Source of the DNA: an uncultured bacterium
GTDB lineage: Bacteria > DRYD01
Assembly: GCA_937139605.1 (NCBI GenBank)
Contig: CAKZQG010000037.1
Span: 79,487-143,486 of the forward strand
Length of the DNA: 64,000 bases
Direction: 5' to 3'
Shown here: positions 10,955 to 21,056 of the stretch, one piece after another
Position numbering within the stretch: position 1 is the stretch's first letter
Layout: each line of letters opens with the position of its first letter
The notes under the pieces: model-generated
Told to the model about the DNA's origin: nothing
The model's input: the letters and a program-made list of their open reading frames with translations, nothing else
Database searches by the model: none
Position numbers and translations under genes: made by a program

Positions 10955-11092
10955 ATGCCAAAAAGAACATATCAACCTAATAATCGAAAAATGAAGAAAA
11001 AACATGGATTTTTAGCAAGAATATCTACTAAAAGTGGAAAAAAAATAATCAAAAGAAGAATTCAAAAAGGTAGATGGAGGTTAGCTCTTTAA
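10955..11092 (+). CDS. rpmH: 50S ribosomal protein L34
   Basis: [45 protein letters not shown]; AGGAGG upstream; below ORF-track cutoff. Confidence 0.96.
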   Translation: MPKRTYQPNNRKMKKKHGFLARISTKSGKKIIKRRIQKGRWRLAL

Positions 11093-11107
11093 TTATATTA
11101 TCTTGAG

Positions 11108-11758
11108 GTGAAAAAAATGAAAGATTATAATAATGATTTTGCTATCTTAACACCTGCAGATATCTCTAGAATTAAATTTAATACTTCTTTTAAAGGATAT
11201 AATAAAGAAGAAGTAGATGAATTTTTAGAACAACTTAATGTTTATTATACTAAATTATGGAAAGAAAATATAGAACTAAAAAATAAAGTAGAGTATTTAA
11301 CTAAAGAACTAGAACATTATAAAAAATTAGAAAATACTATTCAAGAATCATTAGTTACTTCTAAAAAGATTTCAAATGAAATAATTCAATCTGCAAAACT
11401 AGAAGCAGAAAATATAATCAAAAAAGCTCAATTAAATCAATTAACTATTGAAAATGAATCTAAAAGAATATTTGAAAAACTACAAAATGATATAAATCAA
11501 TTAAAAAATTTAAGAAATGATTTATTAAAAGAAACTAAATATTATTTATCAATTTTATTAGAAAAATTATCTGAAATAGAAAATGGATTTAATGTGGAAG
11601 AGGAATATTATAAAGTATTTTTTAATAAGTATTCTTTATTTTTAAAGGAAAGTACGGATGAATGTTTAAATAAATTATTAGCTCTTAAAGATGGAGTTTT
11701 TACTTTAGATTTTATTAAAAACTCAAATAATAACGAATTAAAAAGTAATCTGGAATAA
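11108..11758 (+). CDS. DivIVA domain coiled-coil protein
   Basis: LTPADI..F..SFKGYNKEEVDEFL then coiled coil. Confidence 0.88.
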   Translation: MKKMKDYNNDFAILTPADISRIKFNTSFKGYNKEEVDEFLEQLNVYYTKLWKENIELKNKVEYLTKELEHYKKLENTIQESLVTSKKISNEIIQSAKLEAENIIKKAQLNQLTIENESKRIFEKLQNDINQLKNLRNDLLKETKYYLSILLEKLSEIENGFNVEEEYYKVFFNKYSLFLKESTDECLNKLLALKDGVFTLDFIKNSNNNELKSNLE

Positions 11759-11789
11759 TATTAATGATATTAATAAAAGGAGGTAAATT

Positions 11790-12314
11790 ATGAAAAAACC
11801 AGTATTACAGTTTTCTATTCCATGTTTAGAAATAGAGACAGAAGATAAGCCACCTGTTTTTTCTTATGTATTCTATGAATTACCATTCCCTAATGCTCCG
11901 GTTTCTTTTTATATTGCTAACGGTTGGTCTAATGGAGAAGGTAGTTTTACTCAAGAAATTAAATTAGTTAAGCCTTCAGGAAATGTCTTAGTTTCTACAG
12001 GTAAGCAAGATTTTGAACTAAAAAGTACTAATATCCCACAGTTAATGGTAAATTTATTTAGAGATATGATGTTTGATGAATTTGGGGATTATAAAGTAGA
12101 AGTTTATCTTAATGATGAAAAAGTTATGGAATATCCATTAACTGTTAGACAATTAACAACTGAAGAGATAAGAAGGGTACAAGAGATACAAAGTAGGTTA
12201 GAAAATCAAGGGACTCCTTCGCAAGCTCAACCTGCTCAAACTCAAACAACTAATGAATCTAAAAAAGAAACCAAAAGAATTTCTTCTGATGATGAATTCC
12301 TTATTTCTGGCTAA
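11790..12314 (+). CDS. Hypothetical beta-rich protein with Q/T-rich disordered tail
   Basis: Strong AAGGAGGT RBS, normal codon usage; no family recognised with confidence. Confidence 0.6.
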   Translation: MKKPVLQFSIPCLEIETEDKPPVFSYVFYELPFPNAPVSFYIANGWSNGEGSFTQEIKLVKPSGNVLVSTGKQDFELKSTNIPQLMVNLFRDMMFDEFGDYKVEVYLNDEKVMEYPLTVRQLTTEEIRRVQEIQSRLENQGTPSQAQPAQTQTTNESKKETKRISSDDEFLISG

Positions 12315-12391
12315 TTTTATTATTTTATATTAAAATTTTTCATAAATATATAAAAAGTTAAAATGAATATTGGAAATGGAGGTTAATAAGT

Positions 12392-12898
12392 ATTAAAGTA
12401 GCAGTATATCCAGGGAGTTTTGATCCTATAACTTTAGGACATATTGATATAATTAAAAGAGGAATTGATTTATTTGATAAAATAATAATTCTAGTTATGA
12501 TTAATCCTAAAAAACAAGGATTATTTACTATATTTGAAAGAAAAAATCTAATAGAAAAAGCTTTAAAGGAATTTAATTTTATTAATTGTGAGGTTGATGT
12601 ATATCAAGGATTATTAGTAGATTATTTAAAAAAAAATAACATAAAATATATAATAAAAGGGATAAGAGCTATCTCAGATTTTGAATACGAGTTTCAGCAA
12701 TATATCGTTAATAGTAGTTTTGAAAGTAATATAGATACTATCTTTTTTATGACTAATTATAATTACATGTATCTTAGTTCTTCTTTAGTAAAAGAGATAG
12801 CTTATTTTAAAGGGGATATATCGAAATTTGTACCATCTTCTATTATTGATGATATTAATAATAAAATAAATAATTTAAGGGAGCTAAAATCGATATGA
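12392..12898 (+). CDS. coaD: Pantetheine-phosphate adenylyltransferase (probable ATT start)
   Basis: In-frame KVAVYPGSFDPITLGHIDII upstream of track start; KGIRAISDFEYE, LSSSLVKE; GGAGGT 8 nt before ATT 12392. Confidence 0.9.
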   Translation: MKVAVYPGSFDPITLGHIDIIKRGIDLFDKIIILVMINPKKQGLFTIFERKNLIEKALKEFNFINCEVDVYQGLLVDYLKKNNIKYIIKGIRAISDFEYEFQQYIVNSSFESNIDTIFFMTNYNYMYLSSSLVKEIAYFKGDISKFVPSSIIDDINNKINNLRELKSI

Positions 12899-14904
12899 AT
12901 ACAACTAATTTTGATAATACTAAATATTTAAAATACATAAATTATAAAAATATTAAGGATTTTAATTATAATCAATTAGAAATATTAGCTCAGGAATTAA
13001 GGGATTTTATTACTGAAGTAGTTTATCATAATGGTGGACACTATGGAAGTAATTTAGGGGTAGTAGAATTAACTATATCTTTACTAAGAAATTTTGATCC
13101 TGAACAAGATAAAATAGTTTTTGATACTTCTCATCAAAGTTATATTTATAAAATATTAACTGATAGAAAAGAGAAATTTCATACTTTAAGAACTTTTAAG
13201 GGTATCTCTGGATTTTCTAAGATAAAAGAGAGTAAATTAGATCATTATGGAGCGGGGCATGCAGGAACAGGTTTAAGTGCTGCGTTAGGATATGCTAAAG
13301 CTAGGGATATTTTGAAACAAGATTATAATGTAGTAGCTGTAATAGGTGATGCTGCTTTAACTTGTGGTGTAACTTTTGAAGCTATAAATAACATAGGGCA
13401 ATATCCTTCTAAATTAATAATAGTTCTTAATGATAATGAATTCTCTATTTCTCCAAATGTTGGGGCATTCTCTATTTATCTTAAAAAACTTAGGAATAAT
13501 CCTTTTTTAGTTAAAGTTGAAAAAAAAGTTGATGAAGTACTAAATTTATTACCTATTAATAGTTTAATAAAGAATTTCATAATTGATACTAAGAACTGGA
13601 TAGAAGAAGGATTTACAAAAGTAGTTTCTCCTTCTATTGTTGGAGTTATTTTTGAGGAATTTGGGATACAGTATATTGGGCCAGTTGATGGACATAATAT
13701 TAAATTATTAGATGAAGTACTCTTATTTGCGAAGAAATTAGAGAAACCTGTTATTATTCATGTTTTAACCGAAAAAGGGAAAGGATCAAAAGAAGCCCAA
13801 GAACATCAAGAAAAATTACACGGAGTAGCTAAAGGTAAATTAAAAATCTCTAATTTTATTTATTTTTCTACTGATGAAGGATTAAAAGTAGAAAAAAAAG
13901 AAGATAAAAAGTTAAAAACTTATACCGAAGTTTTTGGAGAAACTATTATAGAGTTAGCAAAAAATGATGATAAAATAGTAGCTATTACTGCTGCTATGCC
14001 TTCGGGTACTGGTTTAATTAATTTTTCTAAATTGTTTCCCGATAGATTCTTTGACGTAGGGATTGCTGAAGAACATGCTGTTATATTCTCTACTACTTTA
14101 GCTTTAAAAGGTTTAAAACCTGTAGTTTGTATTTATTCTACTTTTTTACAAAGAGCTTTTGATATGTTGATTCATGATGTGGCTTTACAGAATATCCCGG
14201 TTTTATTTGTATTAGATAGAGCTGGAATAGTTGGAGAAGATGGACCTACTCATCATGGCGTATTTGATTTATCTTATTTACGAATGATCCCTAATTTCCA
14301 GATCTTTGTACCTTCTAATGAATTAGAATTAAAAAATATTCTTTATACTGTTTTACAAAATTTGGATAAACCTACTGCTATAAGATACCCTAGAGATAAT
14401 ATTGAAGGACTTAATAATGATTCTAAATTTTCTATTATTGATCTATATAGTTGGATTTTGAAATATGAATCTTCTTTATCAAATTACAATAAAAAAGTTG
14501 CTATTTTAGCTACAGGAAGATTAAATAGATTTATCCCTAAAGTTATTTCTCTATTAGAAAAATCTAATATATATTCTAAATGGTATAATTGTATAAGTAT
14601 TAAGCCTTTAGATAATAAAGTTTTAAGTAATTTAGTAGATTATGATTTAATTTTGACTTTAGAGGATAATGTATTAGCTGGGGGGTTTGGAAGTGCTGTT
14701 TTAGAATACTTTAATGATAATTTTTATAATAAAAAACTGAATTTATTAAGGATAGGTTGGGGGGATTATTTTGTTGAACACGGTGCTATTAAAGAATTAT
14801 ATGATTTTTATGGAATTAATGAACAAGAAATTTTTAATAAAATCCTTGAAAAATTGGATTTAGATGTTATAAAGATAGGGGTGAGTAATAATGAATCCGT
14901 TTAA
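12895..14904 (+). CDS. dxs: 1-deoxy-D-xylulose-5-phosphate synthase
   Basis: GGHYGSNLGVVELT, GHAGT, GDAA..LNDN, DVGIAEEHA, DRAGIVGEDGPTH. Confidence 0.96.
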   Translation: MNTTNFDNTKYLKYINYKNIKDFNYNQLEILAQELRDFITEVVYHNGGHYGSNLGVVELTISLLRNFDPEQDKIVFDTSHQSYIYKILTDRKEKFHTLRTFKGISGFSKIKESKLDHYGAGHAGTGLSAALGYAKARDILKQDYNVVAVIGDAALTCGVTFEAINNIGQYPSKLIIVLNDNEFSISPNVGAFSIYLKKLRNNPFLVKVEKKVDEVLNLLPINSLIKNFIIDTKNWIEEGFTKVVSPSIVGVIFEEFGIQYIGPVDGHNIKLLDEVLLFAKKLEKPVIIHVLTEKGKGSKEAQEHQEKLHGVAKGKLKISNFIYFSTDEGLKVEKKEDKKLKTYTEVFGETIIELAKNDDKIVAITAAMPSGTGLINFSKLFPDRFFDVGIAEEHAVIFSTTLALKGLKPVVCIYSTFLQRAFDMLIHDVALQNIPVLFVLDRAGIVGEDGPTHHGVFDLSYLRMIPNFQIFVPSNELELKNILYTVLQNLDKPTAIRYPRDNIEGLNNDSKFSIIDLYSWILKYESSLSNYNKKVAILATGRLNRFIPKVISLLEKSNIYSKWYNCISIKPLDNKVLSNLVDYDLILTLEDNVLAGGFGSAVLEYFNDNFYNKKLNLLRIGWGDYFVEHGAIKELYDFYGINEQEIFNKILEKLDLDVIKIGVSNNESV

Positions 14905-16276
14905 TCAAATATTTAGTTTTTTAAAATTTACTATTATGTTAATTATTTTTTATTTTATTTTGTCTTTAGTTTTATTAGGAGTATCTTTTAGTGGTGTTTT
15001 TATTTTAGATAAAATCGGGATTATTTCATTATTGAAAAATTATTTTATTATCCCTGCTAATTTCAATTGGTTTAGTTATGTTCTTTATTCTTTAATTGGA
15101 ATTTTATTTATATTAACTATTTTAATGGGGAGTGTTATAATACAGGTTTGGTGGGAAAGAAAATTCTCCGCTAAAATTCAAGGAAGAATGGGGCCCACTG
15201 TTGTTAATTTACCATTTTTACTTGATATAGGTAGTAAAAATATATATCTTGGTGGGTTGCTTCAACCTATTGCTGATGTAATTAAATTAATTCAAAAAGA
15301 GATTTTGATTCCAGAAACTTCTTATCCTCATTTGTTTTTATTATCTCCTATCTTGGCTTTTTCTACTGTTATGATTGTTTTTGGGGTAGTTCCTTTTAGT
15401 AGGGATTTTATTATGCTTAAAGATTTAAATATTGGATTGCTTTTTATATTTGCTATTTCTAGTTATATGGTGATTTCATTGGTACTAGCTTCTTGGGCTT
15501 CTAATAATAAGTACTCTTTATTAGGGGGGCTTAGAACCGTTGCTCAAATGCTTAGTTATGAAATCCCATTGCTGTTATCTTTCTTATCTGTTATTATTTT
15601 TGCTGGTAGTTTTGAAGTTGTTAAAATAATGGAATTACAAGATAAAATTGGTTGGCTAATATTCTATCAGCCTTTGATGTTTATTATATTTTTATGGTCT
15701 ATGGTAGCTGAAAATAATAGAGCTCCTTTTGATTTACCTGAAGCTGAAAGTGAATTGGTTGCTGGGTTTGTTACTGAATATTCTTCTATGGCTTTTGCTT
15801 TATTTTATTTAGCTGAATATGGGTATCTATTTTTTAATAGTATTATAATATCTATTTTATTTTTAGGGGGAGATTCTTTATTACCTGCTTCCTTATTAGC
15901 TGCTTTTTCTAATTATTTACCTAAGGAAATTTTTGAATTACTCTTAATTGCTAATACTAATGTTATATGGTTATTTCTTAAAGCTTTTGTAGTTTTAAGT
16001 TTAATAATGTTATTTAGATGGACTTATCCGAGAATAAGGATGGATCATTTAATGAATTTGGCTTGGAAAGCTTTTATTCCTATTACTTTAATTAATATTA
16101 TGTTCTCTTCTTTTGATTTGATTTTATCTTTAAGTTTATTTGGAGATAATTTTATATTACCTGTATTTAATTGGATTTTCTTTTTGGTTATTTTATATTT
16201 AACTGCTATTAAGAAGATTACTTTATCTTCTAAATATAAAAATGTTCCAGTTTTTTATAAAAGATATAGTACTTAA
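14891..16276 (+). CDS. nuoH: NADH-quinone oxidoreductase subunit H (N-terminally extended)
   Basis: WERK..A.IQGRMGP, GLLQPIADVIKL, AQMLSYE, NRAPFDLPEAESELVAG, PRIRMD. Confidence 0.95.
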   Translation: MNPFNQIFSFLKFTIMLIIFYFILSLVLLGVSFSGVFILDKIGIISLLKNYFIIPANFNWFSYVLYSLIGILFILTILMGSVIIQVWWERKFSAKIQGRMGPTVVNLPFLLDIGSKNIYLGGLLQPIADVIKLIQKEILIPETSYPHLFLLSPILAFSTVMIVFGVVPFSRDFIMLKDLNIGLLFIFAISSYMVISLVLASWASNNKYSLLGGLRTVAQMLSYEIPLLLSFLSVIIFAGSFEVVKIMELQDKIGWLIFYQPLMFIIFLWSMVAENNRAPFDLPEAESELVAGFVTEYSSMAFALFYLAEYGYLFFNSIIISILFLGGDSLLPASLLAAFSNYLPKEIFELLLIANTNVIWLFLKAFVVLSLIMLFRWTYPRIRMDHLMNLAWKAFIPITLINIMFSSFDLILSLSLFGDNFILPVFNWIFFLVILYLTAIKKITLSSKYKNVPVFYKRYST

Positions 16277-16297
16277 AAGGGATTGAGGTGATTTATT

Positions 16298-17968
16298 ATG
16301 TTAGATAGTTTAAATTATTTAGCGGATTCATTAAGAAGATTAATAGATGGCTTAAAAATTACTTATAGATATTTTATAAAAGAACCAATTTATACTTATA
16401 ATTATCCAATAAAGATAAAAGAAGTTTTTTCAAGGTGGAGAGGGAAGGTTAGAGTTAGAGCTTTTAATACTTTAGAAACTATTTATAATAGAAGTGAGAA
16501 TATGTATAGATCTTTTAATTTGCCGCCTTGTGTAAGGGGTTGTCCTGCTAATGTTGATGCTAGGGGATATGTTGTACTTGCTGGGGAAGGTAAATTTATT
16601 GAAGCTTTAAATATAGAGAGAGCTCAAAATCCTACTGCTATGTGTTTTGGAAATTTATGTACTGCCCCATGTGAAACTACTTGTAGTAGAGGTGTTCAAG
16701 ATCATAAACCTATTGCTATTAGATTAATCAAAAAAGCTATTAGTGAATATAATTTGAAAGTTAAATTAGAAGATAAAGAAAGGTATAGTTTTACTATAGT
16801 TGGTAAAGAAAGTGGAAAGAGGATTGCTGTTATTGGTGCAGGGCCTGCAGGGATCGCTTGTGCTCATAGATTACTACGATATGGGCATAAAGTGGATTTA
16901 TTTGAAAAATATGATTTTTGTGGGGGGTATCTTTATTCTGGCGTGGCATTTTTTAGATTAGATAAAGATATTATGAATAAAGAATACGAAAATTTAATTA
17001 CTTTCACTAAAAATGGTAGAATTTTTTATAATGCTTGTATTATATCTGATGAAGAAAAAGATAAATTTAAAGTAATTTCTTATAATGATATAAAAGATTT
17101 AAATGGTTCTATAAATTATTTAGATAAAAATAGTGGGATATTATTTAGTGAATTAGAGGAGAATTATGATGCGGTTGTTATTGCAGCCGGTGCTACTAAA
17201 CCTAGAAAACTTAATCTAAAAAACTCAGATAAAGTGGAATTAATTCAAGCTGAATGGTTTCTAGAGGATTGGAATTTAGGTATAAGGAGTTATAAAATAG
17301 GGAAAAAAGTAGTAGTTATTGGTGGTGGGGGGACGGGGATTGATGCTGCTAGAACATGTAAAAAAGTGTTTTCTGATGAGGTTATTATTGTAGATTTACT
17401 TCCTAGAGAAGATTTGCCTGTAGCTGAAGAAGAGAAAGTAGAAGCAGAGGAAGATGATAATATTAAGTTTATTTGTTCAGTTATGCCTACTGAAGTTGTT
17501 ATTGATGAAAATAATAAAATAGTGGGTTTAAAAGTTGTAAAGTGTTTATGGGGCCCCTTAACTAGTAATGGTAGGAAAAAACTTATTAAAACTAATGATG
17601 AATTTGTTATTGAATGTGATACTATTATTTTAGCTGTATCAAGAGATATTTATATCCCCTTTGCTCCTAAAGATATTGTTGGGAGTAGAGGGGAAATAAT
17701 TGTTGATGGTTTTGATGTTACTGCTTATGGTTTTGTTTATAAGTTTGGGCAGAGTTCAAGATCTAAGGTGTTTGCTGCAGGTGAAGCTTGTTATGGACCA
17801 CAACCTGCAATTGTCGCTTTAGCTAGTGGAAATAGAACTGCCGAGAGAATTCATATGTATTTAACTAATGAATTACCTCCAGTTTTAGATTTTGAAGTCC
17901 AAAAGGTATTAGGGCCTTTAAATGTTCATAAAGTTTTAAGAAAATCAGAGGTTTTAAAAGTTGGTTAG
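16298..17968 (+). CDS. NuoI N-terminal segment fused to a GltD/NfnB/DsrL-like Fe-S flavoprotein oxidoreductase
   Basis: GLKITYRYF..TYNYP..SRWRG (NuoI-like); PPCxxxCP, CxxxC..CSR, GAGPAG, GGGGTGIDAAR, FAAGE. Confidence 0.85.
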   Translation: MLDSLNYLADSLRRLIDGLKITYRYFIKEPIYTYNYPIKIKEVFSRWRGKVRVRAFNTLETIYNRSENMYRSFNLPPCVRGCPANVDARGYVVLAGEGKFIEALNIERAQNPTAMCFGNLCTAPCETTCSRGVQDHKPIAIRLIKKAISEYNLKVKLEDKERYSFTIVGKESGKRIAVIGAGPAGIACAHRLLRYGHKVDLFEKYDFCGGYLYSGVAFFRLDKDIMNKEYENLITFTKNGRIFYNACIISDEEKDKFKVISYNDIKDLNGSINYLDKNSGILFSELEENYDAVVIAAGATKPRKLNLKNSDKVELIQAEWFLEDWNLGIRSYKIGKKVVVIGGGGTGIDAARTCKKVFSDEVIIVDLLPREDLPVAEEEKVEAEEDDNIKFICSVMPTEVVIDENNKIVGLKVVKCLWGPLTSNGRKKLIKTNDEFVIECDTIILAVSRDIYIPFAPKDIVGSRGEIIVDGFDVTAYGFVYKFGQSSRSKVFAAGEACYGPQPAIVALASGNRTAERIHMYLTNELPPVLDFEVQKVLGPLNVHKVLRKSEVLKVG

Positions 17969-18009
17969 TTTTTTTATTTTTTTATAGTTTATAAGAAGGG
18001 GGAATTATT

Positions 18010-18396
18010 ATGGCTAAATTGCCAGAATATGTTAAAAATAGTGTTATATTAGATGATTATGCTTTGGAAGATGGGATTAGATGCTTGAGTTGTGAAAGTG
18101 GGGTTTGTATTGCTTGTGGGTATTGTGCTATGATTTGCCCTGTTAAAGCTATAAGAATGGAAGTTTTACAAGATGAATTGGGAAGAACTATTGTAAATAA
18201 ATTTGAAATAAATGTAAGTGCTTGTATATTTTGTGGGTTATGTGAGCAAGTTTGTCCTACTAAGGTTATTGAAATGGAAAATACTTATGAGTTTGCTTTA
18301 TACAATAATGTTGATGTTGTTAGGATGGATGAATTCTTTGAATATGATGAAAAAAAAGCTTTCGACCAAAGATTAATTATTAATAAAAATAAATAA
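18010..18396 (+). CDS. NuoI-like 2x[4Fe-4S] subunit preceded by a GltD-type RCLSC motif
   Basis: EDGIRCLSC, CIACGYCAMICP, CIFCGLCEQVCP..IEM...YEFA; own RBS AAGGGGG. Confidence 0.85.
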   Translation: MAKLPEYVKNSVILDDYALEDGIRCLSCESGVCIACGYCAMICPVKAIRMEVLQDELGRTIVNKFEINVSACIFCGLCEQVCPTKVIEMENTYEFALYNNVDVVRMDEFFEYDEKKAFDQRLIINKNK

Positions 18397-18434
18397 ATTA
18401 AAATTAAATTTTGAAATTATAAATAAAAATTTAT

Positions 18435-19172
18435 ATGACTAGAAAAAAAATAAAGAATAATAATATAGCTAATAATAATCAGGAAAAGGAAAATATATTA
18501 ATTCAAGTTAATAGTGATTTTTTTGAAGAGAAGAAATTAGAAAAATTAAGAGATGAAGAATTAGTAGAGTTATACAAAAAAGGTATTAAGGAAGCTTTAG
18601 ATATTTTAATTAAGAGATATAAGAATGTAATATTATCTAAGACTTTATTATTTTATATACCTTATGGGGAAGAGAAAGAGGATCTTTTACAGGAAGCTTA
18701 TTTAGGTTTTTTAAGTGCTATAAGGGATTTTAATAAAGATAAAGGAAGTTTTTATTCTTTTGCTAATGTTTGTATTCAAAGACATATTTATACTTTTATT
18801 AAATCATTAACTAGAAACAAACATAGGATTTTAAAAGGTGCGGTATCTTTAGAAGCTACTTTAACAAAAGATCAGGAATCTGCTGAAAGAAAATTAGAGG
18901 AATACTTAACTCATTCTAAAATATCTTCTAACATCCCTTCTATGATTAGTTATTTACCTTCTGATGAAATTGCTTCTATTAATTTAGATTTTAAAGATAA
19001 ACGAGAAAAGATATTTAAAAAATTATCTCCTATTGAGAAGGAAATTTTAAAGTATAGGACATTAGGTTATTCTTATAAAGAAATTGCTTCTAAAATTGGG
19101 AAAAGTATTAAATCAGTTGATAATACACTACAGCGTATTAAAAAGAAAGTTAAAATGATATTACAAGATTAA
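18435..19172 (+). CDS. Sigma-70 family alternative sigma factor, SigH-like
   Basis: EDLLQEA..G..AIRDF, SF..FA..CI.R, R.KH..L..AVSL, GYSYKEIA..KSVDNTLQRIKKK. Confidence 0.88.
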   Translation: MTRKKIKNNNIANNNQEKENILIQVNSDFFEEKKLEKLRDEELVELYKKGIKEALDILIKRYKNVILSKTLLFYIPYGEEKEDLLQEAYLGFLSAIRDFNKDKGSFYSFANVCIQRHIYTFIKSLTRNKHRILKGAVSLEATLTKDQESAERKLEEYLTHSKISSNIPSMISYLPSDEIASINLDFKDKREKIFKKLSPIEKEILKYRTLGYSYKEIASKIGKSIKSVDNTLQRIKKKVKMILQD

Positions 19173-19195
19173 AGTATTAAAGTATTAAAGTATTT

Positions 19196-20434
19196 ATGTA
19201 CAGAGTATTTTTTAGATATATTTTTCTTATCTTAGGTTTTCTTATTTTTTATATAAATTTTTCTTATTCTTATAATTTTTATAGAAATAATTTTGCTTCA
19301 TTACTTAATAAAGAAAATTATGAAGTTATTAGAGTTTTAATAGACAGTGGATATATTCAAAGTAAATTAGATTTTAGAGGTAATAATATAAGTTTAAGAT
19401 ATACTTTAAAGAATTATCCTTCTATTTATCAAGGAGCTAATAGTTTATTCAATTTTTTGTCAATAATTTATAATCCTCCCTTTTTGGATTACTATTATGC
19501 TCAAAATAAGTATTCTATTAATTTAAATGATTTAAATGATATTTTAATTTTATCGGATGATTTTGTTGAGTATAAAAATAGGAAATATAAAGGGATTATG
19601 AGAGTAATATTTAAATATGAAAAGTATTATGTTATTAATTATGTAGAATTGGAAGATTATTTAAAGAGTGTAGTACCGAGTGAGATGCCATATACTTGGA
19701 ATATAGAAGCCTTAAAAGCGCAAGCTATTGCTGCTAGAACTTATGCTATTAAAATGATGATTAATAGAAGAACTAAGGGGGAATTTTTTGATGTATATTC
19801 TACTGTATTAGATCAAGCATATTATGGAATTGATTATGAAAAGAGTACTACTAATTTAGCAGTTGATTCTACCAAGGGTATGGTTTTAGTTTTTAATAAC
19901 GACCTTATTTGGGCTTTATATCATTCTAATTGTGGGGGGTATACTATTAGTGGATATTTACCTTTTAATAAGAGGGTTTCTAAGGATGATTATTATTTAT
20001 CTTCTGTTAAATGTATTTATCAAGGAAATAACTGGGTTTCTAAGATTAGTTTATATGAAATTAAAAATATATTAAAAAGATATACTAAAAATGAAGTTTA
20101 TTCAATTAATTCTATTTCAGTTAATTCTTTTAAGACTACATTTATTTATCAAACAGTTAATAATACTTTTTGTAATTATAGTATATATAATTGGGATTTA
20201 AGGAAAGCTTTAAATTATAAAATAAAAAGTCCTTTTATAGATAAAGTTAAAATGGAAGGAGATTGGATTGTTTTTGAAGGTAGAGGTAGTGGGCATGGGG
20301 TTGGATTATGTCAATATGGTGCAAATTATATGGCTAAAAATGGATATACCTATGTTCAAATATTATCTCATTATTATCCTAATACTGAAATAATTTCTAT
20401 TTCTGATTATTTTTCTAAACTTTTAAAAAGATAA
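19196..20434 (+). CDS. SpoIID/LytB domain lytic transglycosylase-like protein
   Basis: LEDYLKSVVPSEMP..W..EALKAQAIAARTYA, DQAY, GHGVGLCQYGA, ILSHYYP. Confidence 0.92.
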   Translation: MYRVFFRYIFLILGFLIFYINFSYSYNFYRNNFASLLNKENYEVIRVLIDSGYIQSKLDFRGNNISLRYTLKNYPSIYQGANSLFNFLSIIYNPPFLDYYYAQNKYSINLNDLNDILILSDDFVEYKNRKYKGIMRVIFKYEKYYVINYVELEDYLKSVVPSEMPYTWNIEALKAQAIAARTYAIKMMINRRTKGEFFDVYSTVLDQAYYGIDYEKSTTNLAVDSTKGMVLVFNNDLIWALYHSNCGGYTISGYLPFNKRVSKDDYYLSSVKCIYQGNNWVSKISLYEIKNILKRYTKNEVYSINSISVNSFKTTFIYQTVNNTFCNYSIYNWDLRKALNYKIKSPFIDKVKMEGDWIVFEGRGSGHGVGLCQYGANYMAKNGYTYVQILSHYYPNTEIISISDYFSKLLKR

Positions 20435-20456
20435 GAAATATAATATTTAATAGGTT

Positions 20457-20996
20457 ATGAAGTATAAATTCGAAGAAATAATTTCTAAGGAAGAAATAGA
20501 AAAAGGAGTGGATTATATTGCTAATAATTTAAATAATTTCTTAGATGAAAATTATTCCAATTCTAAAGATAATTGGTATTTTATAACGATAATGAAGGAA
20601 GGGATCCCTTTTAGTGTTGATTTAGCTAAAAAAATTAAACATAATTTAGTATTTGATTATATATTTTTAGAAAAGGTTTTTGAGTATAATACTGTTAAGG
20701 AATTAGCTATAAAAAAGGATGTTTTTTTACCTGTTAATAATAAAAATGTTATAGTTTGTGCTACTGTTATTTATACGGGTTATGAAGTTAATTTTATAAA
20801 AGAAGCACTTAAAATTAGAGGTGCTAAATCTATTTTTATTGTTAGTTTGATACTAAAAAAATCATCTAATACTATAATTAAGCCTGATTTTTATTATTTT
20901 GATATTGAAGGTAGTGACTTTTTAGTAGGTTATGGATTAGGATATAATGAAAAACATAGGAACCTTAATTCAATTTATAAACTGTTTTTTAGTTAA
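20457..20996 (+). CDS. Hypoxanthine phosphoribosyltransferase-like protein, degenerate active site
   Basis: HPRT size and FLVGYGLGY..HRNL end, but PRPP loop reads VIVCATVIYTG. Confidence 0.7.
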   Translation: MKYKFEEIISKEEIEKGVDYIANNLNNFLDENYSNSKDNWYFITIMKEGIPFSVDLAKKIKHNLVFDYIFLEKVFEYNTVKELAIKKDVFLPVNNKNVIVCATVIYTGYEVNFIKEALKIRGAKSIFIVSLILKKSSNTIIKPDFYYFDIEGSDFLVGYGLGYNEKHRNLNSIYKLFFS

Positions 20997-21056
20997 TTAA
21001 TTTTAGAAAGGATTATTTCTTTTATTAATGAATATTTAAATTAGAATTAAATAGAT

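Noticed and set aside
18435-20434. SigH-like plus SpoIID as evidence of sporulation
   Set aside because: Both families occur in non-sporulating bacteria; no sporulation-specific genes in the window
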